Source of the DNA: Gemmatimonadota bacterium
Lineage (GTDB): Bacteria > Gemmatimonadota > Gemmatimonadetes > Longimicrobiales > Gaopeijiaceae
Direction: 5' to 3'
Assembly (NCBI GenBank): GCA_026706635.1
Contig: JAPOYJ010000033.1
Span: 1,044-65,043 of the forward strand
Length of the DNA stretch: 64,000 nucleotides
Position 1 is the first letter of the stretch; every line of letters begins with the position of its first letter. Of this stretch, positions 53,919 through 62,139 are shown piece after piece. The notes beneath the pieces were generated by a model, which had not been told where the DNA came from, searched no databases, and saw nothing but the letters and a program-made list of their open reading frames with translations. A program made the position numbers and the translations under genes.

Positions 53919-56032
53919 TGCCAGACGCCCCCTTCTCCCAGCCGCCCGAGCGCAGCCATCAACGCCCCGACCTTGTCCGGGTCCGACGCCTTCGGGGCGG
54001 CATCGGCGAGTGCCTGGGCGACTTCGGAAAGCACGGCGCTCCTCGACGTGCCCGACTCCATCTCGGCCACGTCGATCCGCTCGCGGGCCATCTCGATCAC
54101 CTCGCCGTCCACCCCCTGGCCGCGTTCGAGCTGGTCCAGGTAGGCCCGCGCCAGAGCGAAGGTCGCTGGCCACTCGAAGATTGGCTGGCCCTGCGAGTTC
54201 ATCTGGCTCAGCTGCACCGACTTGGCGGCGTCGATTTCGTTCTGCGTCAGCGCCTCGCCCGGCAGCAGCTCGAAGATGTCCAGCCCGCGCACGATCTCCG
54301 AGTTGACGATCACGCCGTTGTACCAGTAGACCGACCAGGACCCGCCCATGCGCATCCGGTCGGGGTCGACCGGGCCACGGTCGTGGTAGGCGATCTCGAC
54401 CGGATTGGCGGGGTCGGTCCAGTCGAAGATCGAGATGCCGCCCTGGTACCACCCCTGGACCATGATGTCGCGCCCGGGAATTGGGATCAGAGAACCGTTG
54501 TGAGCGACGCAGTTCTCCAGTACGGTCTGGGGCACCGGCAGCTTGTAGTAGCTCTGGAAGACGAGGTCGCCGTCCTCTATCGCGAAGATTGCGTTCGCGC
54601 CCCACTCCACCGGGTCTCCGTCACGGCAGCGCGGCCCGCCGCCCCCGCCCCACTCGTCGCTGAAGAGCAGCTTGCTGCCGTCGTTGTTGAAGGTGGCGGA
54701 GTGCCAGTAGGCGAAGTTTGAATCGGCGACCTCGGCGATCCGCCTCGGATTCACGGGGTCGCTGATGTCGAGGAGGAGGCCATACCCCTGGCACGCACCC
54801 CCGGCGAGTCCGATCGCCGGGTAGACCGTGATGTCGTGGCACTGCGTCGGACCGGTCGCGTCGCCACCGCCGCCGACGTATCGCGCCACCATCGCCTGGA
54901 GCGCTTCGCGCACGGATGCGCTGTCGGCTGCTGTGGCCTCTCCCTCGCCCCCGCGCTCGGCGACTGCGCTGTCCAGCATCGCGTCCGTGACCTGTTCGGG
55001 CACCATGACTCGAACGCCCCCCACCTCGACTACGAAGGCGCCTTGCGCCTCTGCCGCCTCCATCTCGGCCTCGCGCTCGGCCGCCGCCGCCGCGTCCACC
55101 GGCGAATCGCCGTGCCTTGGCGGTGCCACCAGGCCTTCGAAGATACGGGGCGAACTCACGATCGCCGCCGACCTGGGGTCCGCGAGCGGCACGCGAATGA
55201 CCTCGATCCTGAAGAGAGCCGTGTTGGGGTCCTCCTGGGGCGAGGCGCCCGAGCACCCCGGCAGCTCCTCGGCGGGACGGACCGGTGCCGACCCGGAGAC
55301 GTAGATGTAGACGTTCTCGTCGTCGCCAGGGTGCTCCAGCACGGTGTGCGTGTGCGAACCCCGGCAGGTCTGCACATTGTGGATGTACTCGGGATTGGCG
55401 ATGTCGGAGATGTCGAAGATGCGGATGCCGCGCAGCCGCTCCGCGCTAATGGCTTCCTCGATCGGCTCGTCGCCGCAGTCGAGGCGTCCGCCGAAGCCCT
55501 CCCCCGAGACGAAGAGCAGGTCGCCAAAGACGGAGACGTCGTTCTGCGAGGCTGGGCAGTAGTAGCTGACCACCGAGACCGGCTCCGTCGGATCGGAGAT
55601 GTCCCAGACCTGTATGCCGTTGTAGTTCCCCTGGATCGCGTAGTGGCCGGTGAAGGCCAGATCCGAGTTGGTGGCACCGACGAAGGGTTCCTCGGGCGGT
55701 GTGGTCGAGAGCAGCCTAAGGTTCCAGATCGCCTCGCCCGCGTCGAAGACGCCGGGTGCCAGGTCGAGACGCGGGTCGGGCGCGGGGGGATTGACGACGA
55801 GTCCGGGCGACGGAGCGTCCCGGGTGGCGAGCACCTCGGCTGCCGCCGTCTCGTTCGCCCCTACGGTCTGGGCGGCCTGCGCCTCCCCTGGATCAGCGCC
55901 CATTCTGCCGGTCTCCACCGGGCCGCCGGAAGTCGCACAAGCGCCGGCTACGAGAATCAGAGTCGCCAGCGTGAGCGCGCCGAGGGTGATGCGGGGCGTG
56001 CGCCGAGCGCGCGTGAGGTTCCCAAGTGTCAT
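53915..56032 (-). CDS. LVIVD-repeat beta-propeller lipoprotein with C-terminal helical domain (internal ATG of ORF 53915..56317)
   Basis: Signal/lipobox LILVAGAC. Repeated ...V(W/F)DISDP..P... blades. Confidence 0.7.
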   Translation of the reverse strand: MTLGNLTRARRTPRITLGALTLATLILVAGACATSGGPVETGRMGADPGEAQAAQTVGANETAAAEVLATRDAPSPGLVVNPPAPDPRLDLAPGVFDAGEAIWNLRLLSTTPPEEPFVGATNSDLAFTGHYAIQGNYNGIQVWDISDPTEPVSVVSYYCPASQNDVSVFGDLLFVSGEGFGGRLDCGDEPIEEAISAERLRGIRIFDISDIANPEYIHNVQTCRGSHTHTVLEHPGDDENVYIYVSGSAPVRPAEELPGCSGASPQEDPNTALFRIEVIRVPLADPRSAAIVSSPRIFEGLVAPPRHGDSPVDAAAAAEREAEMEAAEAQGAFVVEVGGVRVMVPEQVTDAMLDSAVAERGGEGEATAADSASVREALQAMVARYVGGGGDATGPTQCHDITVYPAIGLAGGACQGYGLLLDISDPVNPRRIAEVADSNFAYWHSATFNNDGSKLLFSDEWGGGGGPRCRDGDPVEWGANAIFAIEDGDLVFQSYYKLPVPQTVLENCVAHNGSLIPIPGRDIMVQGWYQGGISIFDWTDPANPVEIAYHDRGPVDPDRMRMGGSWSVYWYNGVIVNSEIVRGLDIFELLPGEALTQNEIDAAKSVQLSQMNSQGQPIFEWPATFALARAYLDQLERGQGVDGEVIEMARERIDVAEMESGTSRSAVLSEVAQALADAAPKASDPDKVGALMAALGRLGEGGVWQ

Positions 56033-56333
56033 GCTGCCTGTCCTTTCGTGGTGGTTGAAGCGGAGACTATCATCGGCGGTAAAGGGACCCCTCGCAAGGG
56101 CGCGGAGCGGAATCCGGGGAGGTGCGCTCCTCGTGCGCGGCGGCGGGCTCGCCGCCGGGTCGCCTCCGCTCCGCCTCAAAGAGCTCCCCAGCGGTGGTTG
56201 GCCTCGCCGGGGCTGGCGCACAAGCTTCGGGAGTGATCGTTGTCTTGCATTTTCGCTCCCAAAGTGTAAGATAACGGGCTGTCGGCGACGGCAAGGGGGT
56301 CGTAAGGACGATTCCAATCACATTCTGTTGACG

Positions 56334-57416
56334 ATGAGCAGACTTACATTCCACAGTCTCTGGCTCTCAGCGCTCCTTCTTGGGGGCTGCTCGGCCGAGC
56401 GGCCGGCAGGGGAGGCGTCCGAGGACGCTCGGTCGCTTGTGCTCTCCGACTCGGTGTGTGCGCGACCGGAAAAAACCCTCTCGTCCAGCGCCGTCCTTCC
56501 GGATAGCGTATTCGGCCGCATCAGTCATTTGGATTTGCATTCAGACGTGTTCGCGGTGGTGGATGCACTTGGCAAGTTCGTTGCGGTCGTCAGCTACGAC
56601 CTTGATGTGTTGCAGGTGGTTGGGCGACCGGGCCAGGGACCCGGAGAGCTTACCGGTCCGGTGGCCTCACGATTGGATGATCGTCGCATCTTGGTAATGG
56701 ACCAGGCATCACGCCGTATCTGGGCGTACCACCGTGCGCTCAGTGAGGGTGTTGGGGCACAGCAGAGCGGATTTGAGGAGTTGGCTGTGGATCTCCGAGG
56801 TGGTCTGCGTGCTTCGATGGGAACAGACTTTGCGGCCCTGGAAGATGAAAACATCGCCATCCCGGTCCACGAGGGCCCAACCTACGTCGCTGTTGCGGGA
56901 GCGTCGGGGGAGCGGATCAGCACCGTTGGTCCCGTGCATCGGTCCGAAGCAAGCCTAGAGCAGTCTCTTGGACGCGTGTACGACCGAGTCGCGACCTTCG
57001 ACCACGGCTTGCTGGTCTGGGACGACGACGAAGCCACGCTGATACTGTTCGCGGATCGCCAGGAAGAACGATGGCGCCTGCCCGATCCATATCGCCGGAG
57101 GGATGAGCCTCGCACCATCCACGCGCCTGATGGCCGTGGTGTCGCCATCTCGATCGGACAACCAAGCATGGCGGGCTGGACGACCTCACAGGAATCGATT
57201 TGCATGGCCGTTCGGCCGTCCGGAGTTCGGGACGAAGTTGACTTGCTCTGGCTTGCCTGGGATGGCGTTTCCGCTCCGGTGCTTAGGGCTATTGACACGG
57301 GCACGCCCGGCGAACCCGTCTCCTGCGGTTTGATCGGGGAGCACCTATTGTTGGTCAACGAAACTGAGATACAAGTATTGTGGCTGGATGACTCCGGGCC
57401 GTGCCAAGGAAGGTAG
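56334..57416 (+). CDS. lipoprotein, probable beta-propeller, function unknown (internal ATG of ORF 55650..57416)
   Basis: MSRLTFHSLWLSALLLGGCS lipobox. The upstream part of the track ORF is antisense shadow of 53915..56032. Confidence 0.5.
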   Translation: MSRLTFHSLWLSALLLGGCSAERPAGEASEDARSLVLSDSVCARPEKTLSSSAVLPDSVFGRISHLDLHSDVFAVVDALGKFVAVVSYDLDVLQVVGRPGQGPGELTGPVASRLDDRRILVMDQASRRIWAYHRALSEGVGAQQSGFEELAVDLRGGLRASMGTDFAALEDENIAIPVHEGPTYVAVAGASGERISTVGPVHRSEASLEQSLGRVYDRVATFDHGLLVWDDDEATLILFADRQEERWRLPDPYRRRDEPRTIHAPDGRGVAISIGQPSMAGWTTSQESICMAVRPSGVRDEVDLLWLAWDGVSAPVLRAIDTGTPGEPVSCGLIGEHLLLVNETEIQVLWLDDSGPCQGR

Positions 57417-57455
57417 TCGACGGGTTCGGTATGACCGGCGGACCTCGTCCCTGAC

Positions 57456-57884
57456 CTACTCGATCTCGATCACATAGATGTTCCAGTCGCCGTCGCGGTC
57501 GGACCTGAAAGCGATCCTGGTCCCGTCCGGGGACCAATCGGGATCGAAATCCGGGCCGGGGTGGTTCGTCAGCCGCATGGGGACCGGGAGGACGGCCACG
57601 GCGAAGTCCTGTACGCCTTGAATCCCCCCGGGGTCCGTGGCCGTGACCGTGACGGTGGCGTTGCCCCGCGCGACACCCGTGACCGTGATCGAGGTGTCGG
57701 AGATCGAGACCTCCGCCACTGCGGGACTGGACGACCTTGCCGTGTAGCTCAACACGTCGCCGTTCTTGTCGGTGAAGCAAGCGGCGACGCTCAACCCCTC
57801 GCCAACGTTGACCGCCACCTCGGGGAGTGGGCCGCACGGGACAGGCGCGACCGGGTTCTCGCATGCGCCGCTGCCGAAAGCCAC
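57456..57884 (-). CDS. Big_2-like Ig domain + single PD40/TolB-like repeat protein (5' end uncertain)
   Basis: ...[20 protein letters not shown]... (Big_2-like) and [23 protein letters not shown] (PD40). The in-frame upstream [13 protein letters not shown] lipobox has no canonical start codon. Confidence 0.5.
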   Translation of the reverse strand: MAFGSGACENPVAPVPCGPLPEVAVNVGEGLSVAACFTDKNGDVLSYTARSSSPAVAEVSISDTSITVTGVARGNATVTVTATDPGGIQGVQDFAVAVLPVPMRLTNHPGPDFDPDWSPDGTRIAFRSDRDGDWNIYVIEIE

Positions 57885-58095
57885 GAGCGCGGCGAAGAGG
57901 CAGGGGGAGGGAAAGGAGGGAAACCGGATCGTGGATTGTTCTCCTTATCTCGGTGTGCCCAGGGCCTCCCGACTGAAGGCCTCCGGGGCTGGAGCCTCTG
58001 CCGGCAACTTGGCTACCCGCCGTCGAGAGCGCAAGCGGAGTGATCGGCCCCACCTTGCGAGGCGGCCGCACGCCCCTGCGGCAATGCATTCATCA

Positions 58096-58134
58096 TGTCA
58101 ACGCCAGTTGCCATTATGTAAACTGTGCTTGTCA
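58096..58134 (+). promoter_or_regulatory. 39-bp double palindrome, site S7 (TGTCAA-N6-TTGCCA tta TGTAAA-N6-TTGTCA)
   Basis: Read directly. Lies in the divergent intergenic region, 160 bp upstream of the GLPGLI gene. Confidence 0.55.
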
Positions 58135-58294
58135 AGTATATCACGAAGCCCCCACCAACCGACTCGCGAACACGGCGGGCTCGTACCGGATGCACGGGCA
58201 ACCGTTGGGTCGCAGGTAGCTGTCATACCCGGCGTGGCTGTAGCATCGGAGCCGGGTCCGCACCCCGGAACGTCCTCTGGGAGGATTTGCCGTA

Positions 58295-59149
58295 ATGGTT
58301 GCTGTCAATGTCAATCGCCGGTTGAAGCTGCTCCTGGGGGCCCCCCTGGGCCTCCTTCTCGCTCTCCCCGCAACCGCCGAGGCCCAGCGGGGGAGCATCA
58401 CCTACACGCGCTCGATGAAGCTCGACATCGAGCTGCCGCCCGAGATGAGGAGCCTCGTGCGCGACCTGCCCTCCGACATTTCGCACGAGGTGCTCCTGCG
58501 CTTCGACGAGACAGCGTCGCTCGTGACCGCCCAGGGCAACGCCGACTTCGGCGGCCGGCGGGGCGCACGGGCGCGGCGGGGCGCGAATCGGCGGATCGAG
58601 ATCGTCCAGTCCGTGGGGCCCGGCGAGCTCGCGGCCGCCCTCTCGGCGCAGAGCCTCGTCGGGGGGGGTATGGGCGCGATGCGGAGGGCAGCGGCCGAGA
58701 CCTACATTCGCTTCGCCGACGGCATAATGGTCGAAGCGCACGACTTCCTGGGGCGGCACTTCAGGGTTCGCCGGGAGCGACCTGTCTTCGAGTGGCGGCT
58801 CACCGGAGAGCAGGCCGAGCACGACGGCTACATGGTGCTCCAGGCCACGACCGAGCACGACGGTGCCCAGGTGGAGGCGTGGTTCACCCCCGAGATCCCT
58901 GTACCCGGCGGACCCGATCTCTACGGAGGACTCCCCGGGATGATCCTGGTCCTCTCGCTGGACGGGGGCGAGTCGAAGTTCTTCGCCACCGAGATCGCGC
59001 TCGACGAGGAGGAGTCCGAGCCGATCGCCGAGCCCACCGAGGGAGACGAGATGACTCCAGAGGAATTCGACCAGATGGTCGAGGAGAAGCTGGAGGAGTT
59101 CCGCTCGATGGGCGGCATGAGACGCCGGGGCCCCGGGCGTGGAAGGTGA
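58295..59149 (+). CDS. GLPGLI-family protein
   Basis: Signal peptide and the family-defining YGGLPGMILVL motif. Confidence 0.7.
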   Translation: MVAVNVNRRLKLLLGAPLGLLLALPATAEAQRGSITYTRSMKLDIELPPEMRSLVRDLPSDISHEVLLRFDETASLVTAQGNADFGGRRGARARRGANRRIEIVQSVGPGELAAALSAQSLVGGGMGAMRRAAAETYIRFADGIMVEAHDFLGRHFRVRRERPVFEWRLTGEQAEHDGYMVLQATTEHDGAQVEAWFTPEIPVPGGPDLYGGLPGMILVLSLDGGESKFFATEIALDEEESEPIAEPTEGDEMTPEEFDQMVEEKLEEFRSMGGMRRRGPGRGR

Positions 59150-62007
59150 GGACGGTGCTGCCCGCTATCCGCGGCCTGCTCGCCATCTGCGCACTCGGGC
59201 TGGCTGGCACATCCGGGTCGCTCCAGGCGCAGGAGGAGTACCACGTCACTGGCGTCGTGCAGGACACGGCCGGTGCACCGATCTCCGGGGCGATGGTAGT
59301 TGCCCTGACCGCGGCCGACTCGGTGCTCGCCAAGTACGCGCTGACCAGCGGCGAAGGCAGCTTTCGTCTAGGCGGCCTCCCGGTGGGCGCGTACATCCTG
59401 CAGGTCACCCTGATCGGCCACCAGACGGTGCGCCGTCCCTTCGAGCTCGCCGACTCCGACCTTGACGCCGGCGTCGTGACGATGCGGATCATGGCCGTCG
59501 AGATGGACCCCCTGGTGGTGAGTGTCGAGCAGGTGCCCTTCGTCGTCCGCCGCGACACGCTCAGCTACAACGTGGCGGCCTTCGAGACGCCGCCCAACGC
59601 GATGGTCGAGGATCTGCTCAAGCGCCTTCCCGGCATTGACGTGGACAACGACGGCACGATCACCGCCCAGGGGGAGGAGGTCGAGAATGTCCTGGTTGAC
59701 GGACGCGAGTTTTTCGGCCCCGACCCGACGATCGCCACGCGCAATCTGCCCGCCGACGCGGTAAGGCAGGTCGATGTCTTCGACAAGCAGTCCGACATGG
59801 CCGAGTTCACCGGCATCCCCGACGGCGACGATGAGCGCACGATCGACCTCAGGCTGCACGAGGAGGCGCGGGCGGGTCGCTTCGGCAGGGTGTCGGGTGG
59901 CTTCGGGCAGGACGTGAACAACGAAGCGCGCATCGGGACGGCAGCCGCCAACGATCTGCGATACGAGGGCTGGCTGAACATCAACCGCTTCTCGCCCACC
60001 ATGCAGCTCTCGCTCGCCGCCAACACCGACAACGTCAATCGGGAGAACTTCGCCGCCAGCGAGCTCTTCTCGGCGCTGGGTGCGCTGGGCCAGCTGGGGG
60101 CGCTTGGCGGCCTGGGCAGGGGCGGCTTCGGCGGTGGCTTCTCGGGAGCTCCGGGCTTCACGGAGTCGCTCGGGGTCGGTCTCAACGCCAACCGGGACTT
60201 CGACGACTCGGGTTGGATTCGAAGCAGCTACTTCCTGAGCCAGATCGACAATCAGCGGGACCAGCTGGTCCAGGAGCAGGCCCTCTTCGGAGAAGACGTG
60301 GCCTCGCTTTCCACGCAGACCGGTGCCAGCAGCTCCGTCCGGTCGAGCCACCGAGTGAATCTGAACGCCGAGTACTCGCCCTCGCCCAGACAGCGGCTGC
60401 GCCTCCGGGCAACGGTCAGACGGGGCTCCTCGGCAGCCTCCTCGCTCTCGGAGCGCACGACCGTCACCGCCCAGCCGCCACCGCTCAACACGGCGAACAC
60501 CGTGAATGTGACCGACGGCGAGGAGTGGCGCGGCAATGCCCAGATCACCTGGATGCGCCGCCTGAGCGACGAGGGCGGGAGCATCGTGGCCGAGTTCCGC
60601 AGCGGCATCGAGGACTCCGACGAGGACACGGACCACCGTTCCACGATCACCGCGGCCGAGCTGGGTGGCGACGACGACGTCGTGCGAAGCCTCGTCCAGC
60701 AGCAGGAGAGCGATCTCCGCACCCTCGACAACTCGCTCCGTCTCTCGCTGACGCAGCCGCTCGGCGAGCGCTACACGATCGAGGCCTTCGGGCGGGCCAG
60801 CGCGGTCGACCAGGTCCAGGACCAGGTTGTGAGCGACGTGACTGATGGCGGGTCGGTGCGGAACCCCGAACTCAGCTCCGGCTTCGAGCGACTATACTCG
60901 TACGCGAACGTGGGGGCGCGCTTCAGCCGACAGGCGGAGGAGTCGTGGGTCACCGTGAGCGTGTACGGACAGCGATCTTCGCTCGATGGCACAATCCTGG
61001 ACCGCGACACCACCATCTCGAGCGGGTACACGCATCTGCTCGGCGAACTCGACCTGAGGTGGCAACCGAAGGAGAGCCACACGATCAGCACGGGGTACAA
61101 CACCTCCACCCGCGAGCCCTCGCTGCACGAGCTTCAGCCATTTGTCGACAACCGCGACCCGACCAGCATCTACATCGGCAACCCCGACCTGCGCCCGGAG
61201 TACAGCCACCGTCTCAGGGCGGACTATCGCTTCTTCGACGCCTTCAGCTTTGTCAACCTCTTTGCGAGCGCGAGCGTGAACTACACCGGCAACCCGATCG
61301 CAAGGGAGCGAACCTTCGACGAGCGCGGCGTCCAGACGGTGACCCCGATCAACACCGACGCCGAGTGGGGGGGGAACTCCTTCGTGTTCTTCGGGTCGCC
61401 AGTGCGGAGGCTGGGCGTCGACGTCGATGTAAGACACATTGTCAGCTACTCGAGGGGCTGGGAGCTGATCAACGGTAGCACGAGCCGGAGCCGCACGGTC
61501 ATGAACATGGCGGGCATCGGAGTCACGAACCGCAATAAGAACACCTTTGAATTGGGACTGAACGCGAACTTCACCTTCCACGACGTGGACTACTCGCTCA
61601 ACCAGGACCTGAGCCGCAGCTACGTCAACAGCGAGTACACGGCAGATGGGACGCTATACCTGGGGGGCTGGACGATCACTTCGTCGCTCGAGTGGACCCG
61701 CTACGACGACGACCTCTACGGCCAGGGCACTGGGAGCGGCGACGAAGGCTACTCGCCGGGCCGGGATGTGGCGCTCCTGAACGCCGGCGTCACGAGGCGG
61801 CTCCACGGCGATCGGGTCGAGGTCGAGCTGAGCGCCTTCGACCTCCTGAATCAGAACCAGACCGTGAACATCTCGAGCTCCAGCAACTTCATCCAGGAGT
61901 CCCGGACGGAGTCGCTCGGGCAGCATGTGATGCTGCGCCTAGTGTACCGGCTGGCTATGAGCGGAGGGGGGCGGGGGCGCAGCCGACCGGAGGCGCGGGG
62001 GAGGTAG
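59146..62007 (+). CDS. outer-membrane beta-barrel receptor-like protein (CarbopepD_reg-like + plug-like + barrel); last 953 codons of ORF 57766..62007
   Basis: GTGA overlap with the GLPGLI stop. Signal LAICALGLAGTSGSLQAQ; VTGVVQDTAGAPISGAMVV; DLLKRLPGIDVDNDGTITAQGEEV. Confidence 0.75.
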   Translation: MRTVLPAIRGLLAICALGLAGTSGSLQAQEEYHVTGVVQDTAGAPISGAMVVALTAADSVLAKYALTSGEGSFRLGGLPVGAYILQVTLIGHQTVRRPFELADSDLDAGVVTMRIMAVEMDPLVVSVEQVPFVVRRDTLSYNVAAFETPPNAMVEDLLKRLPGIDVDNDGTITAQGEEVENVLVDGREFFGPDPTIATRNLPADAVRQVDVFDKQSDMAEFTGIPDGDDERTIDLRLHEEARAGRFGRVSGGFGQDVNNEARIGTAAANDLRYEGWLNINRFSPTMQLSLAANTDNVNRENFAASELFSALGALGQLGALGGLGRGGFGGGFSGAPGFTESLGVGLNANRDFDDSGWIRSSYFLSQIDNQRDQLVQEQALFGEDVASLSTQTGASSSVRSSHRVNLNAEYSPSPRQRLRLRATVRRGSSAASSLSERTTVTAQPPPLNTANTVNVTDGEEWRGNAQITWMRRLSDEGGSIVAEFRSGIEDSDEDTDHRSTITAAELGGDDDVVRSLVQQQESDLRTLDNSLRLSLTQPLGERYTIEAFGRASAVDQVQDQVVSDVTDGGSVRNPELSSGFERLYSYANVGARFSRQAEESWVTVSVYGQRSSLDGTILDRDTTISSGYTHLLGELDLRWQPKESHTISTGYNTSTREPSLHELQPFVDNRDPTSIYIGNPDLRPEYSHRLRADYRFFDAFSFVNLFASASVNYTGNPIARERTFDERGVQTVTPINTDAEWGGNSFVFFGSPVRRLGVDVDVRHIVSYSRGWELINGSTSRSRTVMNMAGIGVTNRNKNTFELGLNANFTFHDVDYSLNQDLSRSYVNSEYTADGTLYLGGWTITSSLEWTRYDDDLYGQGTGSGDEGYSPGRDVALLNAGVTRRLHGDRVEVELSAFDLLNQNQTVNISSSSNFIQESRTESLGQHVMLRLVYRLAMSGGGRGRSRPEARGR

Positions 62008-62026
62008 GCCGCAGGGGCACTGGCAT

Positions 62027-62065
62027 TGTAAACTATGGATTCCACATTGTAATGCGTAGATTACA
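62027..62065 (+). promoter_or_regulatory. 39-bp double palindrome, site S8 (TGTAAA-N6-ATTCCA cat TGTAAT-N6-ATTACA)
   Basis: Read directly. Followed by GC-rich module copy C and then the EEP gene. Confidence 0.6.
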
Positions 62066-62139
62066 GTATGGACAGGCGAGCAAAGCGGTCCAGCGGAGAT
62101 GCAGCGCCGCTTGAATGCCGTGGGAGGTTTGTCCACGTG
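62066..62139 (+). repeat. GC-rich ~70-nt repeat module (copy C)
   Basis: ...caaagcggtccagcggagatgcagcgccgcttgaatgccgtgggaggtttgtccacgtg. Confidence 0.7.

Noticed and set aside
57766-62007. 1413-aa ORF taken at face value. The same issue affects 108..1688, 1609..2805, 36381..37526, 39182..41236, 53109..54605, 53915..56317 and 55650..57416.
   Set aside because: The N-terminal portions overlap neighbouring genes or are low-complexity. Signal peptides or family motifs begin at internal GTG/ATG codons that overlap the upstream stop, so the genes were re-called shorter.
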